Source: Candidatus Bathyarchaeota archaeon
GTDB lineage: Archaea; Thermoproteota; CALKCG01; B24
Direction of reading: 5' to 3'
DNA length: 64,000 bases
Assembly: GCA_021161255.1 (NCBI GenBank)
Contig: JAGHAZ010000056.1
Location: 862 to 64,861, forward strand
In this document: positions 50,070 to 59,874 of the stretch, in pieces
How the letters are laid out: each line of letters opens with the position of its first letter
Numbering within the stretch: position 1 is the stretch's first letter
Notes under the pieces: model-generated
Seen by the model: only the letters and a program-made list of their open reading frames with translations
Told to the model about the DNA's origin: nothing
Database searches by the model: none
Made by a program: the position numbers and the translations under genes

Positions 50070-50623
50070 GAAACCACCTCCTTAGCGGATTCATACGCCT
50101 TACGTACGGCCTCGACGTTTTTCTCTCCTAAGGCTCCTGGAAACCTGTTTAATACAGCCTTCTCGATCGACTCGAGCGAGACTATCGGCATGGCTTTGAT
50201 AAGCGCTCCGACCATCGGGGTATTCAGTATGACTCTTTGGAAGATGCTCATGGATATCCCGGTCGCGTTGACGGCCCAAACCTTAGGGTTTACACGCTTA
50301 ACCGCCTTAGCAAGCTCCTCATCTCCACCATGGTTCACCACAGTGAGCTTGGCCTTCGGCAGGTTTCCGCTTTGAACAAGTCCTCTGAGGAGGCTTACGT
50401 CCATAATGATGGCTGCGTCTGGCTTAGATATGGCGCTGTGTATCTCGATGGGGGTCTCGCTTATCCTCGTGTATCCTCTGACAGGTGCTCCAAGCCTCTC
50501 CGCGCCGAACTGCGGAAACGCTTGCACGTGCTTTCCCTCAAGCAACGCCGCGGACGCTAGAAGACGGCTTGCGGTGATTACTCCTTGGCCAGCTCTACCG
50601 AGCCAAAATATCTCCCACATCAA
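50066..50623 (-). CDS. porG: 2-oxoacid:ferredoxin oxidoreductase gamma subunit
   Basis: GRAGQGVITASRLLA motif. Overlaps porD by 4 nt. Confidence 0.8.
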   Translation of the reverse strand: MMWEIFWLGRAGQGVITASRLLASAALLEGKHVQAFPQFGAERLGAPVRGYTRISETPIEIHSAISKPDAAIIMDVSLLRGLVQSGNLPKAKLTVVNHGGDEELAKAVKRVNPKVWAVNATGISMSIFQRVILNTPMVGALIKAMPIVSLESIEKAVLNRFPGALGEKNVEAVRKAYESAKEVVS

Positions 50624-50749
50624 ACTCTAACCTCCTTAAGCCATTATTAAGGAAAGGCCGACCTATACTTAAACACTTTCCACCACCTTCGAATCGCTAT
50701 TTAAGTCTAACCGCCCAGTGCGACCGTGAAAACCGTTAAACCAGTTTCA

Positions 50750-52636
50750 TCATCCACAGGATTTCTGAAACGTATTCACGGCATCGTTTAACGCTCCGAT
50801 TATCGATGGAAGGTTTTCCTTGATAAAGTAGACTGCTATGGGGCATTTCTCCAGGCATACCCCGCATCTGGTACATAACTCTTGGTCTACATAAACCGTT
50901 TCTCCATCCCACCTAACGGCGTCTTTAACACACCAAAATACACAGGAGAGACATCCGGTGCATAAGATTGCCCTGGCTACGGTTCCTAAGACTTTATACA
51001 ACAGCTTAAACCCTGGATAAGTGAGGTTTTCGACTGTTATCAACCCATCCCAGCGTATTATGACCCGTGCATCTCCGTCTCGGTGTTCAATCATCCCATT
51101 GCCCACCTCGTTTACACCGCCGATCGTCGGAGCTAGTTTGAGAACTCTCTCTATGTCTATATGCTTGTTCAACCTAAGTCTCATAGAGACCTTTCCATCG
51201 TCCACCTGAGCGTCTTCTACATAAGCCTTCAAAGCCATCCTCTTATCAGCCTCAGCCTTTGCACCCACGACTCTTTCGACCCTCTTAGGCGTCCTACGCC
51301 ACCTCCAAAGAGCCAGCTTCACGTAGTCTTCGCTGTATCCCATTCCACTAGCCCATCTCCTAAGCCAGCTTTCCCAACGGCTCCAAAGCTCAGGGTGAAG
51401 ACGCTTTACCTCTTGGAACTCGGCTAGGTTACAGTATGGACATGTATAGCACCCTATCCTATCGAATCCTTCGAAGTATAGAGGATTAACCAGAGCTTCG
51501 AGCTTCTCCATCCACAGATACAGCCACACATGGAGCATACTCCAACTACCTATAGGAGTCATATTCATGCTACCGGTTATCCAGTAGTTCTCCCACACAT
51601 TCCCCCTCTTCCTCCTAGCCCTCGACTCGGCGGCTCTCTGCCCCACGACGGTTAGAACCCTACCGCTGAGGAAATTCTTGTACAACCTGAGCGTAGGTAT
51701 AAGCTTGCAGGTTTTGCAACACCATCTATAACCCCTCGCAGGTGGACCATAAGACTCCAACCCCTTCCAGAAAGCCTCGCCTGCTTGAGCTTCCAAAACC
51801 TCTATCCCGAGCTTTGATGAAACCTTCTGAACGTTCGAAACGGTTTCAGGAAGCTCTATCCCGGTGTCTGTGAACAAGAGCATCGGCTCTAAACCGGCTT
51901 TGAGGGTCAAGCTTAAGACGGCTAAGCTATCCTTTCCTCCCGAGTATGAGACGACCAGTTCTCCTCCGAATCTACTGTAGATCCTATATACGGTTTTAGC
52001 GGCTCTCGAAGCCTCAGCCCGTATAGCGTTCTCGTTAGCTCTCAAAACGTCATCTATAGACGCGCCTCTCCTCACGGGTTCGACCTTAGATATGGGCTTC
52101 CAGACGTTCAATACCTTCAAACCATCCCTTGTCTGCTCCGCGATCCCTAAGGCCTCCCCGTAACTATCCGTTAACGCGACATATCCACGGTCGACTTTCT
52201 TCAACCGTAGAACCTGGCCTTTAACAGGCTTCTGGTCGACCTTCACGCTTTCTATCATTCCATCCTCCAAAAGCCTCATACATCCCATCCTTAGGGGTTT
52301 AAATCGCCATTCGAGTAGAAGCATATCGTAGAATAAGTGACCGAGTAATAGACCGTCTCCGACTACCTCATACCCGGCGTCCGCGTAAGGAACCCTGTTG
52401 AGGAGTATAATTCCGTCGCCTATAACCCGCTTAAACGCCTGGGCTCCAAACTCTTTTTCGACAGCATCCCTAAGGGTTTCTATATCGGCCTCTAAGGCCG
52501 GTCTAGGGTCCTGAGGCCTAAATAGCTTAACCTCTGCCCCTTCACGTCCACATGTACCGCATCTCTCCTCTATAAGAGGAACGTTGCAGGTCAAGCACCA
52601 GTAGACCAATGCCTCAACCTGAAACCGGCTAGACAT
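50750..52636 (-). CDS. PAPS-reductase-like PP-loop ATP pyrophosphatase fused to an N-terminal Zn ribbon and a C-terminal 2x[4Fe-4S] ferredoxin domain
   Basis: CLTCN...CGTCG N-terminal ribbon, SYSGGKDS PP-loop, and CTGCLSC...CTRCGVCLEKCP C-terminus. 628 aa. Confidence 0.65.
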   Translation of the reverse strand: MSSRFQVEALVYWCLTCNVPLIEERCGTCGREGAEVKLFRPQDPRPALEADIETLRDAVEKEFGAQAFKRVIGDGIILLNRVPYADAGYEVVGDGLLLGHLFYDMLLLEWRFKPLRMGCMRLLEDGMIESVKVDQKPVKGQVLRLKKVDRGYVALTDSYGEALGIAEQTRDGLKVLNVWKPISKVEPVRRGASIDDVLRANENAIRAEASRAAKTVYRIYSRFGGELVVSYSGGKDSLAVLSLTLKAGLEPMLLFTDTGIELPETVSNVQKVSSKLGIEVLEAQAGEAFWKGLESYGPPARGYRWCCKTCKLIPTLRLYKNFLSGRVLTVVGQRAAESRARRKRGNVWENYWITGSMNMTPIGSWSMLHVWLYLWMEKLEALVNPLYFEGFDRIGCYTCPYCNLAEFQEVKRLHPELWSRWESWLRRWASGMGYSEDYVKLALWRWRRTPKRVERVVGAKAEADKRMALKAYVEDAQVDDGKVSMRLRLNKHIDIERVLKLAPTIGGVNEVGNGMIEHRDGDARVIIRWDGLITVENLTYPGFKLLYKVLGTVARAILCTGCLSCVFWCVKDAVRWDGETVYVDQELCTRCGVCLEKCPIAVYFIKENLPSIIGALNDAVNTFQKSCG

Positions 52637-52784
52637 CGATTTAAGGTTTCATCCGGGATATTCGACTTGACAAGGGAGTATAGGCCCAACGTTCTCATAA
52701 CGCATTGGAGAGGGAGTACAAGTACGCCAAACCTTGATATGTCTCTGGTCAGAGGAGGATCAGGGTTCGATGGCTTCCGGAGGG

Positions 52785-53945
52785 CTAGTAGAGGAAATAC
52801 TTTCTCCTGAGTTTCTCGAAGGAACTTATGTCCTCGCATAGCTTTGCCAGCTCTTCAAATCCTCGGTTCTCCATTATCAACCTACGAGGCTTATCTGAGC
52901 CCACGAGGAGGTCGAAGTAGTACCTGCCGTCGCTCTTCGTAAACCGGAAGCTCTCGGCGAAAAGACGTCTGATAACCCAGATAACCGCCATACCAAACTT
53001 AACAGGCTTAAACTCATCTCTGTCGGTGACGTATATCTGAAACCCATGGCAAAGCTCACCTTCATACTTACCAAACCTAGGGGTAAACGCTGAAGGACGT
53101 AGCCTGAAGCCTCTAAGGGGGAGGGATTCAAGCTCCTCGATAACCCTATATTCGTCGACCCAGGGTGCGCCTACGACCTCGAAGGGTTTGGCGGTGCCCC
53201 TACCCTCAGAGACGTTGGTTCCCTCGAGGAGGCAGGTGCCTGGGTAGACCGTGGCCGTGCTCAGGGATGGCATGTTCGGCGAGGGGGGAACCCAGGGTAG
53301 ACCCGTCTCGTCGAACCACATTCCACGTCTCCAGCCATTCATCTTCAAGACCTCGACGCAGGCTCTAAGCTCAGCCTCCTCGTTGAACAGGTTCGCAAGC
53401 TCTCCAGCGGTTAAGCCGTACCTGACCGGGACCGTCCATATGCCTACGAAAGACCTGAAGCTCGGCTCCAGCATAGGTCCTTCAACGTGAACGCCGGTGA
53501 CCGGGTTCGGTCTATCCAAGACGAGGACCCTAACACCTACCTTCCCCGCCGATTTCAGGACGTGGAAGAGGGTCGAAATATAGGTGTAGAACCTAACCCC
53601 TACGTCCTGTATATCGTAGATGATGAGGTCGAGCTTCTCCAAGACCTTCCTCGGCGGCTCGAGGCGGGGGCCGTAGAGGCTGTAGATGGGAATTCCGGTT
53701 TTCACGTCGACGGAGTTCTTCACGGAAGCCCCGTCTGCTACGCTCCCCCTGAACCCATGCTCTGGGCTGAAGATCGCTTTGACGTCTAGTCCGAAGCGCT
53801 TGTAGAGGAGGTCGACTACGTGCCTGAAATCCGCCGTGACACCGGTGTGGTTCGTGACGACCCCTATACGCTTACCGGCTACGCGTTGGAACCCCTCTTC
53901 TACCAGAAGCTGAAGCCCGGTTTTAACCCTGGGTTTGAAAACCAC
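52785..53945 (-). CDS. DUF1343-family protein (NamZ-like exo-beta-N-acetylmuramidase homolog)
   Basis: RIGVVTNHTG...IFSPEHGFRG...IIYDIQDVGVRFYTYISTL...VLDRPNP are DUF1343 signature blocks. Confidence 0.6.
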   Translation of the reverse strand: MVFKPRVKTGLQLLVEEGFQRVAGKRIGVVTNHTGVTADFRHVVDLLYKRFGLDVKAIFSPEHGFRGSVADGASVKNSVDVKTGIPIYSLYGPRLEPPRKVLEKLDLIIYDIQDVGVRFYTYISTLFHVLKSAGKVGVRVLVLDRPNPVTGVHVEGPMLEPSFRSFVGIWTVPVRYGLTAGELANLFNEEAELRACVEVLKMNGWRRGMWFDETGLPWVPPSPNMPSLSTATVYPGTCLLEGTNVSEGRGTAKPFEVVGAPWVDEYRVIEELESLPLRGFRLRPSAFTPRFGKYEGELCHGFQIYVTDRDEFKPVKFGMAVIWVIRRLFAESFRFTKSDGRYYFDLLVGSDKPRRLIMENRGFEELAKLCEDISSFEKLRRKYFLY

Positions 53946-53985
53946 GAAGAAATATTAGCTGGAACACCCTTTATGATTTTAGTTA

Positions 53986-54972
53986 ATGACCGAGGAGTAC
54001 TTCTGCGGAGTCGACGGTGGCGGGAGTAAAACCCTATGCGTCTTAGCGGATGGAGATGGACGTGTGCTGGGTTTAGGTAGGTCGGGCTCGTCTAACATAT
54101 CCGTAGTCGGTGTAGACGCTGCATGTAGAAACATCAAAGAGGCCTTTGAAAAAGCAACGGCAAGCTCCGTCGGGAAAGTCGACTATATGGCTTTGGCCAT
54201 CGCTGGGATGGGTAGTAGGCTTAGAAGAGACATATTGAAGCGGGAGGTCGAGGCTATGGGTCTATCGAGAGCCGTTTTTATAGAAAGCGACGCAGCCGCC
54301 GCCTTGATGGCCACCACCCTAGGTAAACCGGGTGTCGTAGTCGTCTCAGGCACCGGTTCCATAGTTTTGGCGCTGGATTCTGAGGGCCGCTTTCATAGGG
54401 CGCTTGGGTGGGGATACCTGCTAGACGACGAGGGAAGCGGCTTCTACATCGGCAGAGAAGCCTTGAGGCGGGCTCTCTCAGCCTATGACGGAAGGGGAAC
54501 GGCTACCGTTTTAACGGAGCAGATACCTAGGTATTTCGGCGTAGGCTCTCTAGCAGACGTAGTCGACCTCGTCTCGCTTAGGAGGATCGGTGTGAGGGAG
54601 ATAGCGGATTTAGCGCCCTTGGTCGTTAAACTCGCGAAGGCCGGGGATAGGGTGGCTTGCGACATACTGCGGCAAGCGTGTCTTGAGCTCTTAAACGCCA
54701 CCTTAGCGGTTATCGATAAGGCTGGTTTAAAAGACGGAGCCTCTATCGGTGTGTGCGGAGGGGTCTTCGAGAACTGCGTCGAGTTCGTCGAAGAATTCTC
54801 ATCCTTCTTAAGGGAGAAAGCTCCGTCGGCTAGGGTCGTTAGACCCTTGTTTAAACCCGTCGTAGGGGCGCTGCTTATGGCTTATAGATATGCCGGAAAG
54901 GAGCTGGATGACGGGTTGATGAGAAACCTCTTGGAGACGTCTTCTAGGTTTGGTTTGAGGTGGCGGTTATGA
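53986..54972 (+). CDS. BadF/BadG/BcrA/BcrD-type ATPase-fold sugar kinase (GlcNAc/MurNAc kinase-like, MurK/NagK type)
   Basis: FCGVDGGGSKT is the phosphate-1 motif of the ASKHA fold, with BadF-type spacing of later motifs. Confidence 0.65.
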   Translation: MTEEYFCGVDGGGSKTLCVLADGDGRVLGLGRSGSSNISVVGVDAACRNIKEAFEKATASSVGKVDYMALAIAGMGSRLRRDILKREVEAMGLSRAVFIESDAAAALMATTLGKPGVVVVSGTGSIVLALDSEGRFHRALGWGYLLDDEGSGFYIGREALRRALSAYDGRGTATVLTEQIPRYFGVGSLADVVDLVSLRRIGVREIADLAPLVVKLAKAGDRVACDILRQACLELLNATLAVIDKAGLKDGASIGVCGGVFENCVEFVEEFSSFLREKAPSARVVRPLFKPVVGALLMAYRYAGKELDDGLMRNLLETSSRFGLRWRL

Positions 54973-55913
54973 ATAGAATCGAGGACTTGGAGAAGCTCAT
55001 ATCCGAGCAGAGGAACGTGAAAACCGTAGACATAGATAGGCTTAGCATGGAGGAGATACTCAGGGTTATAAACGAGGAGGATAAGAAGGTCGCCTACGCG
55101 GTCGAGAGGGAGATACCGAACATAGCTAAGGCCGCTCACGCCTACCTACGCAGTCTTAAAAACGGGGGTAGGGTCTTCTACGTAGGAGCCGGGACGAGCG
55201 GCCGGATGGGTGTGATAGATAGGGCCGAGCTCATATCGACGTTCAAGATGGACCCAAAGGCCATTATACCGATACTCGCCGGCGGGGTTAAAGCCATGTA
55301 TGGCCCCTCTGAGATGGCTGAGGATAAGGAGGAGAACGGTAGGAGAGTTATCTCGAAGTATAGGGTCGATGAGAGGGATTCTGTGATCGGGATATCGGCT
55401 AGCGGACGTACACCCTACGTCGTGGGGGCTTTGAAAGAGGCTAAGCGCAGGGGAGCCACTACGATAGCTATCACAGTAAACCCAGACGCCGAGATATCCC
55501 GCTACGCGGACATAGTCATCTGCCCGCTCGTAGGTCCTGAGGTCATAGCAGGGTCTACCCGCATGAAGGCGGGTACGGCTCAGAAGATGATACTGACCAT
55601 GCTCAGCACAGCCGTCATGGTCAAGCTCGGGAGGGTCTACAGCAACCTTATGGTGAGCCTTCTTCCGATAAGCTCGAAGCTACGTGAAAGGGCGAGGCGT
55701 ATAGTGATGACCGAGGCCGGTGTCGACTACGAAACAGCCGCTAAGACCCTGGAAGAGACGGGATACGATATTAAGGCCGCGATAATCATGCTTAAGGCCA
55801 AGGTCGACTACGGGAAAGCCCTAAAGGCCCTTAGAGAGGCGGAGGGAAACCTAGAGAAGGCTTTAAACCTAGCCCTAAACAGCTCCTCGTCCTCTAAGCC
55901 TAGGCGGGGCTAG
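54960..55913 (+). CDS. murQ: N-acetylmuramic acid 6-phosphate etherase (MurQ-like SIS protein)
   Basis: VGAGTSGRMGVIDRAEL and SASGRTPYV SIS motifs. About 300 aa with a MurQ-like C-terminal UBA-like tail. Confidence 0.65.
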   Translation: MAVMNRIEDLEKLISEQRNVKTVDIDRLSMEEILRVINEEDKKVAYAVEREIPNIAKAAHAYLRSLKNGGRVFYVGAGTSGRMGVIDRAELISTFKMDPKAIIPILAGGVKAMYGPSEMAEDKEENGRRVISKYRVDERDSVIGISASGRTPYVVGALKEAKRRGATTIAITVNPDAEISRYADIVICPLVGPEVIAGSTRMKAGTAQKMILTMLSTAVMVKLGRVYSNLMVSLLPISSKLRERARRIVMTEAGVDYETAAKTLEETGYDIKAAIIMLKAKVDYGKALKALREAEGNLEKALNLALNSSSSSKPRRG

Positions 55914-55978
55914 GAAGGCCTTTGTGGAATACGCTCGGCTCTTGGAAAGGGTTTAAACCCTAGCTTAGGTATATTGCC

Positions 55979-57262
55979 ATGGGTCAGGCGTCTATGCGGG
56001 TTAAGATGTCTGGGTTCAAGGGGCTTATGAAGGTGGAAGATGCCCTAGCTAGGCTTCTTGAAGCCATCAGGGGTTATAGGCTCGACGTCGAGGAGGTTCC
56101 CGTGGAGGAGGAGGCTGTCGGTAGGGTTTGCGCCGAGGATTTGAAGGCGCCGGTGGACGTGCCTCCGTTCGACAGGTCCGCGGTAGACGGGTACGCCGTC
56201 AGATACCTCGACGTCTTAAGCGCGTCTGAGAGCAGCCCGGTCGAGCTTAGGATAGTAGGCGTCTCCAAGACCGGGTCGAGACCGGATACGCTACCTGAGG
56301 TTAAGCCGGGAGAAGCCGTCGAAATATATACGGGAGCCCCCTTGCCTAGGGGTGCAGACTCGGTCGTGATGGTCGAGTACACGAAGAGGGAGGAGGATAG
56401 GCTATGGGTCTACAGGCCCGTGGCCTACATGCAGAACGTCTCCAAGAGAGGTGAAGACTTCTCGGCCGGAGAACCGGTCGTCTCCGTAGGGGTTAAGCTT
56501 AAGCCCTGGCACGTCGGGGCTTTGGCGTCCCTAGGTGTAACGTCCGTGAAGGTCTACCGTAGGCCTACCGTCGCCGTAGCCTCGACCGGCTCCGAGCTTA
56601 AGCCCCTAGGCTCCAAGATATCCCCAGGTGAGGTCGTAGACTCGACCAGGCCGATGATCAAGGCGTTTTTGAGGAACCTAGGCTGCGACGTGTTGGACCT
56701 AGGGATACTCGAGGACGACCCGGCGGTCATCTCGGAAGCCGTTTCGAAGGGCTTGAAAACCTCAGACCTCATGGTTCTCACAGGCGGAACGAGCCTAGGT
56801 TTGAAAGACGCTACACCGGATGGCTTAAGCATGGTCGAGGGTTCTAGACTGATCTTCCACGGCGTCCGTATGAGACCTGGGAAGCCCACGGGAGCCTACC
56901 TGGTAAACGGTAAACCGGTGTTCATGCTCTCAGGTTTCCCAGTCGCCGCTTTCGTAGGGTTCATGGTCTTCGTGGAGCCGGCTATACGTGGTATGATGAA
57001 GTGTAGACCAGACCCGCAGCCCGTAGTGAAGGCTCAGGTCGCGAGGAGAGTGGCTAAGCCTCCCGGCGTCAGAGCCTACGTCAGGGTGAGGGTCTACTCG
57101 AGAGACGGTGTTCTATACGCCGAGCCGCTTAGGCTCACGGGTTCGGGGATAATCTCGACCCTGACGAGGGGGAACGGCTTATTGATCCTCAGAGAGGAGG
57201 CTGAAGGGGTCGAGGAGGGGGAGGAGGTCGAGGTTCTACTCACCCAGCCGGTGGAGGTGTAG
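55979..57262 (+). CDS. moeA: molybdopterin molybdenumtransferase MoeA
   Basis: PFDRSAVDGYA, GAPLPRGADSVVMVEYT, and a GGTSLGxKD MogA-like domain. Confidence 0.8.
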   Translation: MGQASMRVKMSGFKGLMKVEDALARLLEAIRGYRLDVEEVPVEEEAVGRVCAEDLKAPVDVPPFDRSAVDGYAVRYLDVLSASESSPVELRIVGVSKTGSRPDTLPEVKPGEAVEIYTGAPLPRGADSVVMVEYTKREEDRLWVYRPVAYMQNVSKRGEDFSAGEPVVSVGVKLKPWHVGALASLGVTSVKVYRRPTVAVASTGSELKPLGSKISPGEVVDSTRPMIKAFLRNLGCDVLDLGILEDDPAVISEAVSKGLKTSDLMVLTGGTSLGLKDATPDGLSMVEGSRLIFHGVRMRPGKPTGAYLVNGKPVFMLSGFPVAAFVGFMVFVEPAIRGMMKCRPDPQPVVKAQVARRVAKPPGVRAYVRVRVYSRDGVLYAEPLRLTGSGIISTLTRGNGLLILREEAEGVEEGEEVEVLLTQPVEV

Positions 57263-57268
57263 AGGCGG

Positions 57269-59254
57269 ATGGCTAAGGTCTTCCATAGGCTCATGAAGGT
57301 CGAGGAGGCGATAGAGCTCGTCAAAAAGCACCTTAAACCCCTAGAGTTAGATGTCGAATACGTGTCTCTCACCGACGCTCTAGGGAGGGTGTTGGCCGAG
57401 TCTATAACCGCGCCGATAGACTCTCCGCCTTTCGACAGGTCTAGGGTCGACGGGTACGCCGTCTACAGCGGAAGCCTCGCAGACGTCGATGAGGAGCATC
57501 CCGCGAGGCTTAAGCTGGTAGGTGTGGTCGAGACGGGGGAGTTGCCGAGGCTTGAGGTTAAGCCTGGGGAGGCTGCGGAGATACGTACTGGAGCCCCCTT
57601 GCCTAGGGGTGCAGACTCGGTCGTGATGGTCGAGTACACGAGAAGCCTTGACGGCGAGGTTCTAGTCTACAGGCCGACCTACCCGGGTGAGAACATATCC
57701 CAGGCCGGTACCGACGTAATGGTCGGGGAAGTCGTACTCAGGAGGAACACGGTTCTAACCCCTAGGGAGATAGGTGTGTTAGCGGCTTTAGGCTTGGATA
57801 AGGTGCCGGTTTACAGACGACTTAGGGTCGCCGTCGTCTCGACCGGTGTCGAGGTTCAGCCCCCGGGTAAGCCTCTAGAGCCGGGTAAGATATACGACGT
57901 CAACAGCTACACGATCTCCTGTATGGCTAGGGAGCTCGGATGCGAGCCCCGTATACTCGGAACATACCCAGACGACTTCGAGCTTCTCAGGAAGGTCATC
58001 GGCGAGGCGGTCGAGGAATACGACGTCGTCCTATCCTCCGGAAGCACGTCGGCCGGCTTCGGAGACATAATCTACAGGGTTTTCGACAGCCTAGGCGAGC
58101 CGGGGGTGTTGGTTCACGGTCTCCTCATGAGACCTGGAAAACCCACGGTCGCGGCGGTCGTCGGAGGTAAGCTTCTGGTGGGGCTTCCAGGGTTCCCGGT
58201 CTCGGCGATGATGGCCTTCCACGTGTTCGTCAAACCCCTCATATCGCATCTTACAGGCGTCCCGGTCGAGGAGGAGGCGAGGGTCTTAGCCGAGCTGCCG
58301 CTCAGGGTTCAGGCCGGCGGCGGTAGGAGGGTTCTGATACCGGTGAGCCTCGTATCGAACCCCTCTGGAGGTTTATCGGCCTACCCCATCTCAGGGGATT
58401 CAGGCGCCATCTCTAGACTCGCCCTTGCAGACGGGTTTATAGAATGCCCAGAGGACAGGGAGTTTCTGGACGAGGGTGAGAGGGTTTACGTGACGTTGTT
58501 CTCCAAGGCCGTTGAACCGGCGGACCTAGCTGTGATCGGAAGCCACTGCCCGGGCTTAGACCTCCTCCTAGAGCTTCTCGGGAGAACTCTGAGGGTTAAG
58601 ACTGTTAACGTCGGCTCTCTAGGAGGATTTCTAGCCGTCAGGAGGGGGGAGGCCGACGTGGCGGGTACGCACCTGCTAGACCCGGAGACTATGCGGTATA
58701 ATATTCCTTTTATATCTAAATATGGGCTAGAGGGGCGGGTTGTCCTGGTCAGGGGATACGCTAGGATGCAGGGCTTCATCGTCAGGAAGGGGAACCCTAA
58801 GCGCATCAGGGGGTTCGAGGACCTGTTCAGGGAGGACGTGATCATGGTTAACCGTAACAGGGGCTCCGGGACCAGAGTCTTGATCGACCTGGGGTTGAGG
58901 AAGGCGGCTGAGAGGATTGGGCTAGACTTCGACGACGCTGTTAAAAGGATCAGGGGGTACGGTTTGGAGGCTAGGACCCACTCGGCGGTCGCGGCGGCCG
59001 TGGCCCAGGGTAGGTGCGACGTAGGCGTGGGCGTGGAGGCTATCGCCCACATATACGGGCTGGACTTCATACCGATAGCCGAGGAGGTATACGACTTCCT
59101 GATACCGAGGGATAGGCTCAGTAAACCTTCCGTCAAACTATTCATCAAGGCCTTGAGGTCTGAGGGGTTTAAGCAGATGCTTAGGGATAGGCTTAAGGGG
59201 TATAGGGCTCTCGAAGAGACAGGAGCCGTCATATATGGCGGGAGTAACCTTTAA
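57269..59254 (+). CDS. moeA: MoeA paralog with a C-terminal PBP-like (solute-binding-like) domain
   Basis: MoeA core (PFDRSRVDGYA, GAPLPRGADSVVMVEYT) plus a ~250-aa PBP-like extension. Confidence 0.8.
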   Translation: MAKVFHRLMKVEEAIELVKKHLKPLELDVEYVSLTDALGRVLAESITAPIDSPPFDRSRVDGYAVYSGSLADVDEEHPARLKLVGVVETGELPRLEVKPGEAAEIRTGAPLPRGADSVVMVEYTRSLDGEVLVYRPTYPGENISQAGTDVMVGEVVLRRNTVLTPREIGVLAALGLDKVPVYRRLRVAVVSTGVEVQPPGKPLEPGKIYDVNSYTISCMARELGCEPRILGTYPDDFELLRKVIGEAVEEYDVVLSSGSTSAGFGDIIYRVFDSLGEPGVLVHGLLMRPGKPTVAAVVGGKLLVGLPGFPVSAMMAFHVFVKPLISHLTGVPVEEEARVLAELPLRVQAGGGRRVLIPVSLVSNPSGGLSAYPISGDSGAISRLALADGFIECPEDREFLDEGERVYVTLFSKAVEPADLAVIGSHCPGLDLLLELLGRTLRVKTVNVGSLGGFLAVRRGEADVAGTHLLDPETMRYNIPFISKYGLEGRVVLVRGYARMQGFIVRKGNPKRIRGFEDLFREDVIMVNRNRGSGTRVLIDLGLRKAAERIGLDFDDAVKRIRGYGLEARTHSAVAAAVAQGRCDVGVGVEAIAHIYGLDFIPIAEEVYDFLIPRDRLSKPSVKLFIKALRSEGFKQMLRDRLKGYRALEETGAVIYGGSNL

Positions 59255-59526
59255 CTGGTTTCTCGCCACGCTTCTTTATGTGTGCCTGCTTAAAGCTTAC
59301 CTGGAAGAGGGTGGGGTTAGAAAGCTGGTGGCTGTGGACGTGGCCTTTATACAGTCTGAAGAGGGGGTTTAAGGCTTAAATCGGTCGAGCAGGGTGGAGA
59401 GGTTTTCTTGGAAAACGTCGAACTCCTCATGCTAGACGCCTTGAACTCGGTCGTCATACTGAAACCTAAACGTAGCTAAAATAATTTAGAGGCTTGACGG
59501 CTTAGACCCCCCTTATCCTATTTGGC

Positions 59527-59769
59527 TTAAAGGGTCTCCTCTATAGCCTTGTAGAAAACACGTCTAACGTAGGGAGGTAGCTTCTCAGGTATAATCTCGA
59601 ACTCGTCCAGTATGGATTGAAGCTTCTTGTAGTCTTCGCTCAGAGACCACACATACTCCTCAAAACCGCAGAGGGGGCAGTAATACCATAGTCCGCCTTC
59701 TCTCAATTCAAGCCTTAGGGAGCCCTCCACACCACACTCGTTACACCTTTTGGCGCCTAAAACAAGCAT
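59527..59769 (-). CDS. small zinc-ribbon protein (CxxC...CxxC)
   Basis: CNECG...CPLCG. 80 aa. Confidence 0.4.
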   Translation of the reverse strand: MLVLGAKRCNECGVEGSLRLELREGGLWYYCPLCGFEEYVWSLSEDYKKLQSILDEFEIIPEKLPPYVRRVFYKAIEETL

Positions 59770-59852
59770 ACCAGTAGTATGGTTGCTTCCCGAGTTTTTA
59801 AGGTTAACCGTTTAAACCTGCTCGATGGAGCGTTTTAGCGTAAACTTTATAG

Positions 59853-59874
59853 TGTATACAGAAATTTGTATACA
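59853..59874 (+). promoter_or_regulatory. duplicated 8-bp palindrome TGTATACA-N6-TGTATACA overlapping the antitoxin start (putative autoregulatory operator)
   Basis: A perfect palindrome occurs twice 14 bp apart, sits between a TTTATAG TATA-like element (59845-59851) and the ATG at 59874, and implies a leaderless transcript. Confidence 0.45.
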
